Assembly: GCA_051530055.1 (NCBI GenBank)
Contig: CM121341.1
Span: 18,764,784 to 18,828,783 of the forward strand
Reading direction: 5' to 3'
DNA length: 64,000 nucleotides
Origin: Neoechinorhynchus agilis
Taxonomy: Eukaryota; Animalia; Acanthocephala
Part shown: positions 39,028 to 51,769 of the stretch, piece by piece
Numbering within the stretch: position 1 is the stretch's first letter
How the letters are laid out: each line of letters begins with the position of its first letter
Translations under genes and position numbers: made by a program
Notes under the pieces: generated by a model
Seen by the model: only the letters and a program-made list of their open reading frames with translations
Databases searched by the model: none
What the model was told of the DNA's origin: nothing

Positions 39028-39190
39028 ATTAGACTTATTGTTTAACTCTTCACCTGGTAAATAATTTTTTATTACACACGTTTCGAGCCTCGTCGGGTTC
39101 ATCATCAGTCTGTTAGTTATTAGAAGACGCGAAGTTCGAAACGTTTAAAAAAATTATTTACGGGCTTGATACCTAAGCAATAAGTCTAAT
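39028..39190. repeat. Imperfect inverted repeat containing opposed degenerate Penelope-type hammerhead motifs (also at 47377-47538)
   Basis: Paired segments attagacttattg/caataagtctaat, gtaaataatttt/aaaattatttac and acgtttcga/tcgaaacgt. The minus strand reads CTGATGA T GAACCC gacg AGG(C/T)TC GAAACGT. Confidence 0.65.
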
Positions 39191-39625
39191 CATATGCCCC
39201 GGTACCTCATATATCGACATTTAGAAGAAAATTGATCGTTACTTAATTTTTGTACTACTTGTGTGTCCTATTGACTATAAATCGTTTTGTTTAAAATTTT
39301 TCTAATGAGCGTGTCTGTACTTAACAAGTTTCGAAAGTTCATTAAGAACCTCATTGACTTTTTCATATGCTGGTATAAATTGTAGAAGGTTCAATGGTTG
39401 TCTCCAAACTGTAATACCAACCAGTATTTATTATTTTTAAAAATCACAAGCTTTTCATCTGGGCCACGAGGGTTCATCTTATAAAGCTTATAATGTTCTT
39501 ATCCGTCGGATGACTTTTGATACTTTCAAAAACCTAATTTTAATTCAAAGTGGAACAAATGCCTTTTATATAGAACTTGCTGGTGAATAACATCTTAATA
39601 TTTAAAATTCTTTGTTCTGTAAATT

Positions 39626-42191
39626 AACCCAGCAATCGGGATGACTCGGTGCTGGTCCCAAGCCCGAACAAATGGGGAGGGTTGGCGTCAGAAAGGGCAT
39701 CCGGCCGTAAAATCTTGAGCCAAAAACACATCAGCAATGTCCGATCGATAAAGCTAAAGCATTCCCTTCATGCGACGCGGAAACCCGGCGCCCGGGGTTT
39801 GTGAAAAATTATTCATGGTTACCGGATAAACGACGGGTCCGGCTAAAGAAGCGAGTCGCTTTCAAAATACGAATCGGCACCCTGAACGTAGGTTCAATGA
39901 CCGGGAGAAGCAGGTAAGTGGTCGATTTGATGAGGAGGAGAAAAATCGAAATTCTTGGCGTCCAGGATATCAGATGGAAAGGAGGGAAGGCTAGAGAATT
40001 GGGCGACGGATTTAAACAGTTCTAGTGGAGGAGCAAGCGGTAGGAACAGAGTGGGCGTCATAGTATCAAAGGATCTAGTGGACAACGTCGTAGAGGTGAC
40101 ACGAACAAGCGATCGGGTAATGGCGCTGAAATTAAGCGTTAACGGCGAAGCCACGACAGTAGTTTCCGCGTAAACCCCACAAGTCGGTTGTAGTGAAGAG
40201 GAGAAGGGGGAATTTTGACTGGATTTATCGGAAGTGACAAGGCCTAGGGAAGGTCGATGCGTGATAACCGGCGATTTCAACGGACACGTGGGGCCGAGAG
40301 ATGGATACAAGCGAATTCATGGAGGACACAGTGTAGGATCAAGGAACGCCGAGGGTGTAACACTATTGGATTACGCAGCAGCGTTGGAGTTGCTTATTTG
40401 AAATACATACTTCAAAAAAGACCCACGGAACCTTTACCCATACTCAAGCGGTGGAAGATCAAGCCAAATCGATTTCATTTTGAATCCGATAGGGAGGTGG
40501 GGTGAAGTTCAGAATGTCAAGATAATACTAGCAGAGGAATGCATGACGCAACATAGAGTGCTCGTGATGGACCTCAATATTTGGGGAAAGCCAAACAGTC
40601 GACAACGGGCATTGCGCCGAAAATCAAGTGGGGAGGTTAAACATCCTATACTCAGGGAAAAGATGAAAATGGGTCTCACCCAGAAATATAGCGAGAATGT
40701 GGCTGAACTGGAACGCTGGTGGAATGAGACAGCCGAAGTGATTCGTAGTGAAGCACAAAAAAACTAGGAATGACATCGAGGAAACCTAAACCCCAAAACA
40801 AAGAGGCGTGGTGGTGGAATCAAGTCGTCAAGGACGCAATCAGTCTAAAGAAGTCAGTCAGGAAAAGATTGGATTTTGACGCTTCGGCCTCGAATGCAGG
40901 CGCTTACAAACAGGCTAAAAGGAAGGCCGCATGAGAATGCGCCAAAGCCAAGAGGGAAGCCGATAACGACCTGTACGAGCAATTACAGCGAGGGAGTTGT
41001 AGAGATATGGTCTTCTGGTTGGCCAAAGTCAGGGATAAAAAATCGCGTATATCGTGCATCTTAAAATGATCAGTGATAGCCACGGAAAGACGCTGGACCA
41101 ATGCAAGGACATTTTACAATCGACGCAATATTCGTGCTAAGGCAGCTGTATGAGAGGTTCAGTGAGATGCAGTGCCCTTTACACAGTGTGTTCGTCGATT
41201 TGGAAGAGGCGTACGATTCGGTTCCTCGAGATCTGGTGGGGGCATTCCTCAGGAAAAGGAATTGTCCCGAACACTATGTCGCCGCGATCCAAGCGATGTA
41301 TCGAGAATGCTACAACTGCGTGCGATGCCACAGCGGAACGACCGACTATTTCCGAGTATCAATGGGTCTTCAACAAGGTTCGGCTCTGAGCCCATTCTTG
41401 TTCACGATCGTGATAGACGTCCTGGGAAATGCGGAAAGAAAAACGAACGCACCATGGACGAAACTATTCGCGGACGATTTGGTGCTCACAGTTAGGGACG
41501 TGGACACGCCCAGGAATTTGCTGAAGAGTTGGCAACAGCGATTAGAGAGCAACGTATTGAGAGTGAGCAGGCGCAAAACGAAATACATGGGACCGGGTAA
41601 CCTCGATATGGAAGGAACTCAGATCGAAAAGATGGACACCTTCAAATATTTGGGCAGCATGTTGAACATGCAATGTGAGCTCGCACCAGAGATCGGACAA
41701 AGAGCTCAACGCGGGTGGAACAACTGGAGTAAGACAGCAAGCATTCGTTGCGATAAGCGTCTCCCGAACAAGATTTAAGGGTGGGTGTGCAAGACAGTAG
41801 TGCGACCCGCCATGCCCTACCGAGCAGAGACGTGGGCTACGAAGAAAGAAGACCTTCAACGATTGGCCGTCAGCGAAATGCGGATGCTGAGATGGCTCGT
41901 AGGATTGACACGCAAGGACCGAGTGCCCCATGAGGAGGTGCGAGAACTGTTTGCTGTCGAGCCGATTGAGGAGGCAATCGCAAAGAGGCGGGTGCGATGG
42001 TACCTGCAGGTGACAAAAGCAGATGAAGACGCAGCTTGAGGGGAAAGGGAGAAGGGGGAGGCCAAACAGAGGTGGAAGGACAGTGTGAGCGGAGATTTCA
42101 AGGCGTTGGGAAAGGCGAAGAACAAAGACGGAAGCCGACAATGCTGGAAAGAACGACCTCTCAAGTGGGAGAAAAGTTCAAAGAAATTTTG
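39626..42191 (+). mobile_element. RTE-clade non-LTR retrotransposon, decayed and internally deleted, with a 14-bp TSD
   Basis: RIGTLNVGSMTG endonuclease start; FVDLEEAYDSVPR, GLQQGSALSP, LFADD in RT. TSD ttgttctgtaaatt at 39612-39625 and 42192-42205; empty site at about 49986-49999. Confidence 0.93.
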
Positions 42192-42805
42192 TTGTTCTGT
42201 AAATTCTGGTACTCTCATGCGTTTTTAAACCCTGCGAGACTCGTTCTGCTTCTTCCTTTGTAGAAGAGATCAAATATGGTCTGTAAATTCGTTTTTGAGC
42301 GTAGAGGGCGATTTTAGATCCAAACTAGCCAAAGACTTCCTTATAATGATCTGACGAATTTCCAACTGCTTCATTCATGTCCTATAATTTCGTTCATTCT
42401 TTGCAGAAAGCTTTATTCTCCATCTTTGGATTTGTTCACCTGCATTGTTAGATTTATATCGAGCAATCGCGTTGAAGAAGAGCACGGCAAGCGAAATATT
42501 GAATTATAAATTCTGTTTATCAAAGCATTCAAATCGTATTATTTTTGTACCTGCTAAAGAAAAACACGGGAAAGTATTAATTAAGTGATTTTTCGTGACT
42601 AACTGTTTTAGGAAGCGAAATTACGAGTCTGCAGAGTTTCTTTGGATACGCGCTGCTCACTGATTTTTGCCATTCGTTGACTTTATTTATTACTACAGCC
42701 GTATAAAACAATTAAAAAAATTGAGTCTAAACTCGAACGGTCGTCGTATTGCGAAAAAGCATTGGGAACACACTAAAAAAGTTGTTGAGGTTATTCTTAA
42801 GAGAT

Positions 42806-43522
42806 ATTTTGTCGCAAGAATACACCTGCTCGTGCGTCGCCGGTCGTTTCTCTCAATTTCTTCGAGAGATCCCGGAGCAGAGTGAGTGCGGAGCTGCCAA
42901 GCGCTCCATACGTCTCTACTCCTAAGGGTACTAAATAGTGGGCCCTTTCTAAATCCCTATATTTTCGTACATTCCTCCCTTACGCTGCACTGGATGCACC
43001 TTGAGCGATTTCGAGAGAGTAGGGAATGTTGCTTATTGCGAGCGTGTCCACACAAGTGGCGTCTCAGAGAAGGCATTTGCCCTCCCGCCACGGAAAGAGC
43101 GAAATTCCGTCAGGTCGACGACCGCTTAGTCGACAAAGATGGGCGGGTTCCAATGTGTCGAAGTTCGCCGTTCTCAACGCACGAGAAATTACGCTATTGA
43201 TCTCAGAATGGCGTGAGAACCTACTTCCTGGCTTACGGCAAACGAGACCCTGTTGCCCGAAAGCATCAACCGAAGACCCACATCGACAGCGATGGGGCGT
43301 GCATATCGGGAGACCAAATCTTAAGGACACTGCGATCTTCGTTACCTCATACCGACTATGCACGAGCAGGTGTATTCCTATAACAAAATATCTCGCTCGC
43401 AATACAGAGGCAATGCTGCTAGCGTGATAGCGACAGCCGAGGAAGAAGAGAAGCTAAGATTTTACGGACGGTGGTGATTGCACGTGTTGTGTTCAATTAT
43501 TGTAAAACTTATTGTATTTGTC
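42806..43522. mobile_element. CRE-like RLE non-LTR element, 3' part with an inverted 5' segment, 12-bp TSD
   Basis: Minus strand: CRCG..CRK..RHSEIN..RPDG..PWREGK..GVETYGALG. Plus strand 3' end: QNISLAIQRGNAASV. TSD ttcttaagagat at 42794-42805 and 43523-43534; empty site at 50609-50620. Confidence 0.85.
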
Positions 43523-44430
43523 TTCTTAAGAGATTGTCAGTTAATCTTCACTTTAGAGATCTAAGACTAATTGATCTTACTTTATACTGGATGTGTTTTT
43601 ATGGACGTATCGATAAAATGTCGATTGTTCACAGACGGAAATCCATTCCCAAAATACGATAATTTTATATAATAAAGGTAGATAAAAGGAATATTTTATT
43701 GATCTCGCTCATTAGTGTTTCTCTAGATGAGTAGGTTTTTTGTAGGAGAAATCAGAGTCGTTTTCTGCGAATTTATTGTCAAATTCACGGGTTCAATTGC
43801 AAACTTTAAAATATTTAGATAACTTTGTGTGTGTTCAATTAAAAACTTCCGATTTCTGTGTTTGTAAAATAAAAAATGCCATCAGCATATATTAATGGGA
43901 TTATGTGTCTTGATTTATTCATTTTCTTAAATATGCACATCATGATAAACATGAATAGCGTTTGGGAGAGAGATAAACCCTGATGGACTATGTACTTAGT
44001 TTAGAAACAAGTGCCGTCAGGGTCAACTTCATGGTAAAAAGATTTTGTTTCTAAAAGATAGTCAATTTTATAAAAAAATTACTGGTAATTTCAAATAGCT
44101 AAGAGATTGATTTAGGAATTGCCGATTAACTGAATCGAAAGCTTTGTTAATATCCAGTTGTAATTAAATTTTATTTACATGCGTGGACATTGAATTTAAA
44201 TCATTCAATTCGCATAAAAAGGAGTGGACGCTTCTCCATGGGACAAAAACATGAAAGTAGCAAAATAATTGATTCTACGGGATTAAAACTTAAAAGGCAT
44301 TCAAGGCAGCAAAATCATTTCCCATTCGCGTTCATTTATCGAACGTTGTCATAGCTACAGCGTTGACAAGAAAAAATGAACTTTTGCGAGAATATTTTAA
44401 GGGACGACTAAATCTAGGGAAATTTTGAAT

Positions 44431-44880
44431 ATGGAATCAGCAGAATCAGCCTTGCTTTTAAAGCTTTTCAGCCTTATCGATCATGATAATGATCAGCAAA
44501 TATCGGTTCAAGACTTGAAGCTATTCGTTTCATCACTGATTAACCAAGAAATCAATGACGAAGAAATACTTAAAAGAACAATGCAAATGATTGGTATCGA
44601 TCAACGTGGATTTATTTCCTCCAAAGCGTTTCTAGATTTTGTCGAACAAGGGTCACAAAACGCAAAGGCTAACGATGACACTGCATTTATAAAATTGTTC
44701 GAATATTTGGATGTGGACAGCGATGGGGTGATAAGCCAAGATGACCTAGAAAGATCTCTTCAGTTCTTATACGAAGAAGATATTGGTAAGATAGCTAAAC
44801 GTTTATTGAAGCAAGCTGATTTCAACAGAGATGGATACATTGACATTGGTGAATTTAAGAGGTTATACAGATACGTGTAA
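44431..44880 (+). CDS. Intronless calmodulin-like four-EF-hand protein, 149 aa (copy B, intact)
   Basis: Loops DHDNDQQISVQD, GIDQRGFISSKA (degenerate), DVDSDGVISQDD and DFNRDGYIDIGE. The ATG at 44431 is used rather than the TTG in the ORF track. Confidence 0.85.
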   Translation: MESAESALLLKLFSLIDHDNDQQISVQDLKLFVSSLINQEINDEEILKRTMQMIGIDQRGFISSKAFLDFVEQGSQNAKANDDTAFIKLFEYLDVDSDGVISQDDLERSLQFLYEEDIGKIAKRLLKQADFNRDGYIDIGEFKRLYRYV

Positions 44881-46050
44881 GATTATTTTACGCTTAATTG
44901 AACCCTAAAATCATTTTTCTGTTTGCAGTGTTGTCAACATTTCGGTGTCACATTTATTATCAACAGAGAGCAAAAATTTCTATGCCGATTTTAATATCGA
45001 ATTCTTCTAATTAAGACAAGATTTAACAGCAAGGTTACTTGCGAAGCGCAGTTTACACAAATCGTTTTTTAAAAAAACCATTTCACGAAATGAATTAACC
45101 TCGGTCTTTGTATAACCTGGATGCGTCAATGGAACTATCTAAACATAAACGGGACTGCAGTTGTGGTGATAATAATCCTGGATAAAACATGTTTTATTGA
45201 ATCGAAAAGTGTTTAATCATCACCACGACTTCAACTCTATTATCCCAATTTATTTTGCTTTGATAATAAACGGGACTTGATCAAGTAAAAAGAGCGCAAA
45301 AGTTACATCTTCTAAACAAAGCTTAAAATCTATTACATCTTAACGATAAAATAACTTGAGAATAATATCAATAAATTAAAGAATATTCAAAAACCTAACC
45401 ATAAGCATTGCGATCAAAAGGATGGCAATAAATTTTGTTCGCCACACATAACCAACATGAAAATAAATCACGGAACGTTACCGTATTTAACGCAAAATAT
45501 TGAGCGATATAGCCGCTGTTTTTGTGAATTTTGTTTTCCAAATCCTACAAACACCGTATCCCATGAGCGTTTAGGCATTCTAATCGGCTATGCATGAATC
45601 GGTATTGGCAATACCCGTATAAATACCTAGCCGATCATTCCCTGCACATACCCAGTGTGATACAGTACCTAGCGATAGCGCCACCTTCCAGCACTGATCA
45701 TGATTCGCAATTGGTTCCGGCGAAAAATCTCCTTCATAACTTTTGTTGCTAGAAATAGTAATTACTTTTGCTCGATCCAATGAGTAAATTTTAGTTAATG
45801 GGGGATAGATTGAAATTTTTTCGTGATAAAACGTCGTTTTAAATTTTAGGGCAGTTAACACTCCTTTTTTTACTGTCACACAACATTGAGTACGTATCCC
45901 TTAATTGGTTAGGCAAGATAAGAAAATATTTGCGGATAGCTGATATTACTTTGGCTTATATGGAACCAATAGAAGGTTTCAATTCGAGAATCTCTCATCG
46001 ATAATACTTCTTTATCTTTGAATCTTAAATTAGATTGTTCTTCAAGTGTT

Positions 46051-46918
46051 ATGGAAGCACACAACACCAACGGAAATGATAATCTTAACAACGACAACAT
46101 TCAAAACCAAGAGCAGTCTCCTAACAATGCCCCAACACCTATTGTTCATCGGACAAACTTAAGTGGTCAGTATATATACTTTGAATATTCATCACATCTA
46201 ATGCACTAATTATTGAAGAAAACTGTTGTGGCATTTGTAAGGATAAATCATCTGGCCGTCATTATGGCATTAGAGCCTGTGAGGCGTGTAGGGCATTCTA
46301 TAAACGCTATCTGAGAAGTAGGTACTTAAATGTTTTTTGCAAAGTAAGATATAAGATTTAGATAACCGAGCTTATGTGTGTTACAAAGAGAATGAATGCG
46401 TTATTAATAGCGAAACAAGAAGAGATTGCAAGGGCTGCAGGTTAACGCTTTGGCGAAATGCTCGTCTGCACCTAGGAAACCGGCAAATTCCAAATGCAAA
46501 CGCCAATGGAAACGCGAATAACAATCAAGATAGCATTCCGAACAATGTTATTCAAGAACGATCCGCCAATGAAGTTCGAGATTCTAACGGTTAGTCGCGT
46601 TCACAAACTTCTAGATACAATCACCCAACGGTGTTTTCATCATTAAATTAGGCAAATTGTGTGAGATATGCAAGGATGTAGCCGCTGGACGCCATTACGG
46701 CGTAAACGCATGCGAAGCATGTAGAGCGTTTTACAAGCGCCATCTTAAAAGTATGCTTTATATCGATTTAATTTTTGTATATTAAGTTCATTTTAGAGCC
46801 GATAACCCATGAATGTGCTTCGAATAGTACCTGCACAATCAATAAAAGTACAAGAAACGACTGCAAGTCTTGTCGATGGAAGATGTGGCAAGATGCAATT
46901 AGCAAACTGGAATTATAA
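46051..46918 (+). CDS. Two-DBD nuclear-receptor-type protein without apparent LBD (copy B)
   Basis: Near-identical to copy A at offset +8348; splice sites, cysteines and stop codon are preserved, with only a few substitutions (e.g. HFK/HLK, ECVS/ECAS). Confidence 0.8.
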
Positions 46919-47636
46919 TTTCACAGTTATGATGATAAAAATGTAGATCGGCTCCAGCTCGTTTTGAACAATTATAGCTTCTAAACGGCATACACGAGCC
47001 GCTCGTTAGATGGCAACAACATATATTCATTTCTTTACAAATATCACAAGTGAATGTATATTCATTGAGTGATTTTATTTGGGCATTAAACGGTTACTCA
47101 GTCGACTGATGAGCTGGAATTAGACGTACAGTTCACAATTGATAATAGCTAAACTTTTTTAAGGTCACTTATAAGAACATTTCACTTGAAAGGTGTCTAA
47201 CACAAGAGTTCTTTGAGAAGTCTTTTCGCGTAAAGATAAAATCGAATCAAAGCCCGGAGAAAATTCAGCAACTATCTTAAAACTGAATAAACAATCTATT
47301 CTTGTGCTTAGATGGCCACTTTACCTCGAAAACATATTTAGTATCTTACCTGGGTTTCCTCTTAAACTAGATAAAAATTAGACTTATTGTTTAACTCTTC
47401 ACCTGGTAAATAATTTTTTATTACACACGTTTCGAACCTCGTCGGGTTCATCATCAGTCTGTTAGTATTTGAAGACGCGAAGTTCGAAACGTTTAAAAAA
47501 ATTATTTACGGGCTTGATACCTAAGCAATAAGTCTAATCATATGCCCCGATACCTCATATGTCGACATTTAGATAAAAATTGATCGTTACTTAATTTTCG
47601 TACTACTTTTGTGTCTTATTTTTTACAATCATAGGT

Positions 47637-49649
47637 TTTATTTTGAAGATATAAACATAATTATTCGCCGTTTTCGTCCTCAATTGTCGCCCGAATGCTT
47701 GTAGTGTTGCCTCTCAACGCGGCGATGCTGATATTGTGAACCAAGTTTTAACCTGACATTACATCACCAGTTGTAACCTTAAGGCGTCGCTTCCAATTCC
47801 ATTAGGAGTTGAAGAGCCTCGCTACCAAGAGATCCGTAGGTCTCAACCCCAAAAGGCACAAACACATTGGCCCGGGCTAAATCGAATTATTTCGCCGTTT
47901 TCCGTCCTTCCGCAACGCTCGCTGCAGCTCCAGCTTGAACCACCGAGAACTTGAGATTGCTGACCGCGAGATTATCGACACAAGTGGCGTCCTAGAGGTG
48001 GCATTTACCCTCCCGCCACGGAAATGCGGTCACCCCATCAGCTCTAGGAGCGTCGTCCCTACAAAGGTTGGCAAGTTCCAAAATATTGGGGGCATGTGTC
48101 GTAACAAGTGCCCGGCTCAGCACCATGTTAATTTCGGCATGTTTTGCGAATCTGTTGGTTTATTTTCTACAGGTGAGACTGACGTCCCGTCGAATCCACA
48201 TTTGCACCGCAGCGGCAACGGTGGGGATGACACATCGGTAGCCCTAGTCTCATTGAAACTCCGACCCGTATTGCCTCGTCGGAGAGGAGAGTACTCACAG
48301 ATACCTGCGGGACCGCGTTCAATCAAGCACTTGATTCTCTAGATGAGACTGCCAACAACCTGGCACGGACAACGTCGTCGCTTGAGTCTGATAAGAGAGC
48401 TTTGAACTCTTGCGACGAGCGGTCGATCCCACACAGATTGTTTTTGGCCATTCACAGGTACTTGATCGGAGTTGGTCAGTGTACACCACTAACTGATTCC
48501 CTCCTCAAAATACCTATCAAGACGATACGTATCTTTCGAAATGTGCTGAACTGCGCTTCGGCTTCCCTCATGGGAGCGGGATATGTCTGCTGCTTTCCGG
48601 ATGCCCAACCTGCCAGAAGATACAGGCAAGAATGCTTGTCGCCATGCCTCTTCTGACAGCTGCACATTTAAAACTTGCTCGAGACAGTCCTTCGATCTGT
48701 CATCTAGCTTGCCAAGCGGAACCTTGTGCTTGAAAAACGGCGCAGTGCGTAGAGCATAAAGGAACTTGGGGTTCACGAGGGTATAAAAAGAGCCCATCCA
48801 AGCTCACAGACCCTATCGCAAAGCACCGATAATGTTTTAGAAGGCTGTTAGTTTCGTGTTCTATATTCCCATCGAAAACACAACTACCCAAAAGCTTAAG
48901 CCGGTCTAGATCGATCATTTCTATCCCGAGTGCAACATTTTCAAAGTCGCGCTTGATTACGTCTTTTGCAGGGTACCTCTCTATGTTACGGAATAGAATT
49001 TCGCACTTTTCTGTGTTCAATTCAATGCCCAGCTTGCTTGCCCCCATCTTGATTTTCTCCAGATCACGAAGAACTACCTGGGGATCGCCTCCCAGCGTAG
49101 CATCGCCTAGGTACCAGGCATTGAATTCCGCATCAAGAGAATGCGCTAATTTGTTCACTGTGAGCGCGAAACCAATTGGACATAATGCGGAAGGAATGAT
49201 GTGATCGTTGAATACAAGGGGGGGTCGCAGCGCCGTACTAATTTATAAAATACACGTAAGCCTCCATTGCGTGATCTCCGACAGCTTTTAAGAGCGAATC
49301 GCGATTAACGGAGTTGAAGATGTTCCGGAAATCTAATTTTAGGATCACACACGGTTTGACGTTCTCAATAACAAATGTACGGAGTGCGTGGACTATGGCT
49401 TCCGTCCCACAAAGTGTGCAGCAACCAAGTTGAACTGGACGAAGAATTTCAGCAACACCTTCTGATACTCGCCTAGAAATCACTTTCCCTGCTAGTCGTC
49501 CCAATATAGAGCCAATCGCGATGGGACGAATCCCACCGTCCTTCTATTTTAAAGCGCAGAGGGAAGCGCAAAAAACAATTCGATCGCTTTGGGGGATAGG
49601 TTGTCCCAAGAGAAAAAGCCGTCTAACCAAGTCAAGGCGTTCAGGAGAA
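47637..49649 (-). mobile_element. 5'-truncated CRE-like non-LTR retrotransposon (RT plus RLE endonuclease), decayed
   Basis: IRPIAIG..GRLAGKV..PVQLG..GTEAIVHALR..KLDFRNIFNSV; AWYLGDATL; PWREGK; ISIAALRGN. Probable 7-bp TSD cataggt at 47630-47636 and 49650-49656; absent in copy A near 39275. Confidence 0.85.
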
Positions 49650-50869
49650 CATAGGTCGTTTTGTTTAAAAAAATTCCGATGAACGTGTCTTCATTTAAGA
49701 AGTTTTGAAAGTTCATTAAGAACCTTACTGACCTTTTCATATGTTGGTACAAATTGTAGTAGCTTCAACGGTTCTCTCCAAACTGTAATACCAACCAGTA
49801 TTTATTATTTCTAAAAATCACAAGCTTTTCATCTGGGCCACGAGGGGCCATCTTATAAAGCTTATAATGTTCTTATCCGTCGGATGACTTTTGATACTTT
49901 CAAAAATGTAATTTTAATTCAAAGTGGAGCAAATGCCCTTTATATAGAACATGCTGCGGAATAACGTCTTTATATTTAAAATTCTTTGTTCTGTTAATTC
50001 TGGTACTCGGATGCATTTTTAAACCTTGCGAGACTCGTTCTGCTTCTTCATTTGCCGAAGAGACCAAATATGGTCTGTAAATTCGTCTTTGAGCGTAGAA
50101 GGCGATTTTAGATCTAAACTAGCCAAAGACTTCTTTATAATGATCTGAAGAATTTCCAACTACTTCATTCATGTCCTATAATTTCGTTCATTCTTTGCAG
50201 AAAGCTTTATTCAACATCTTTGTATTTGTTCATCTGCATTGTTAGATTTATATGGAGCAATCGCGCTGAAGAAGAGCACGGCAAGCGAAATATTGAATTA
50301 TAAATTCTGTTTATCAAAGCATTCAAATCGTATTATTGTTGTACCTGCTAAAGAAAAACACGGGAAAGTATTAGTTGAGTGACTTTTCGTGACTTTATTA
50401 ACGCCAACCGGTTTACACTGTTTTAGGACGCGAATATACGAGTCTGCAGAGTTTCTTTAGATACGCGTTGCTCACTAATTTTTATCATTCGTTGACTTTA
50501 TTTATTACTACAGCCGTATAAAACAATTTAAAAAATTGAGTCTAAACTAGAACGGTCGTCGTCTTGCGAAAAAGCATAGGGAACCCGCTAAGAAAGTGGT
50601 CGAGGTTATTCTTAAGAGATTGTCATTTAATCCTCACTTTAGAGATCTACGACTAATTGATCTAAATTTATAAAGGATGTTTTTTTATGGACGTATTGAT
50701 AAAATGCCGATTTTATGGGACCCGAACTTGAATGGCATTAAAGGCGGCAAAATCATTTCCCATTCACGTTGCATTTATCGAACGTTGTCACAGCTACGGC
50801 GTTGACAAGCAAAAATGAATTTTTGCGAGAAGATTTTAAACGATGACTAAATCTAAGTAAATTTTAAAT

Positions 50870-51180
50870 ATTAAATCAGCAGAATCAGCCTTGCTATTAA
50901 AGCTTTTCAGCCTCATCGATCATGATAATGATCAGCAGATATCGGTTCAAGACTTGAAGCTATTCGTTTCATCACTGATTAACCAAGAAATCAATGACGA
51001 AGAAATGCTTAAAAGAACAATGCAACTGATTGGTATCGATCAACATGGACTTATTTCCTTCAAAGCGTTTCTAGATTTTGTCGAACAAGGATCACAAAAC
51101 GTAAAGACTAACGATGACGCTGCATTTATAAAATTGTTCGAATATTTGGATGTGGACACCAAACGTTTATTGAAGCAAGT
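50870..51180 (+). pseudogene. Calmodulin-like EF-hand pseudogene (copy C)
   Basis: Start codon lost (aatattaaatcagc versus aatatggaatcagc); internal deletion after GATGTGGAC; truncated before EF-hand 4. Confidence 0.8.
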
Positions 51181-51409
51181 ACTATCATTTGTTGTTTTGT
51201 CAGCTGATTTTCTCGACCGCAAGTATATTTCTTTTTAATTTTTGTATGAATTATTTTAGCACTTTCGGCGGTAGAATTGTATGTTTTACATTAGAGAAGT
51301 GATATGATCACATAAAGTTTGATAAACAATTTTTATGTTTTACATCAGAGAAGTAATATGATCACGTAAACTTTGATGAACAATTATAAGTTTACAATTT
51401 CGGTGAGAA

Positions 51410-51650
51410 TAATCCCGGTAATTGCATTGGGGTAGAGACGTATGGAGCGCTCGGCAGCTCGACACTCTCTCTGCTCCAGAATCTCTCGAAGAAATTGAGA
51501 GAGGCAACCGGAGACTCAAGAGCAGGCGTATTCCTTCGACAAAATATCTCGCTGGCAGTACAACGGGGCAATGCTGCCAGCGTGATGGCGACGGTCGAGG
51601 AAGGACAAAAGCTGGAATTCGGCGGGAGGTGGTGAGTGTGTTAATTGTCG
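51410..51650 (+). mobile_element. CRE-like element 3' end
   Basis: IGVETYGALGS..LRQNISLAVQRGNAASV, homologous to 42806-43522. Confidence 0.8.
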
Positions 51651-51689
51651 AGAAATGAAGATTGATTGAATACAAGATTTTTATTTATT

Positions 51690-51726
51690 CGAAATATTTC
51701 GCGAGGTATCCTCGCCTCTTCAGTCA
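51690..51726 (-). ncRNA. Minimal type I hammerhead (Penelope-type)
   Basis: TGA CTGAAGA G GCGAGG ata CCTCGC GAA ATAT T TCG: perfect 6-bp stem II, palindromic ATAT stem III, 3-bp stem I. Confidence 0.55.
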
Positions 51727-51769
51727 TTGCTTGTAGGTTTTTAAATATGCGTTGGTATTTCTCCGGATC

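Larger units (their letters stand above)
35535..51180 (+). repeat. Tandem segmental duplication of a roughly 5 kb EF-hand plus nuclear-receptor unit: copy A about 35535-43680, copy B about 43685-50700, partial copy C about 50710-51180
   Basis: Constant offset of 8348 over the central part (37561/45909, 38028/46376, 38570/46918). Insertions in one copy have empty sites in the other. Confidence 0.95.

Noticed and set aside
39626-39720. HDV-like ribozyme at the RTE 5' end
   Set aside because: The conserved RTE 5' motif (gtcccaagcccg...gggcatccggc) is present and some RTEs carry such ribozymes, but I could not build the nested double pseudoknot by eye. An Infernal or RNArobo search is needed.
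45580-45879. Minus-strand ORF between the EF-hand and receptor genes (also 37233-37433)
   Set aside because: Its conservation is explained by the recent duplication, the upstream frame differs between copies, and no motif is recognised.
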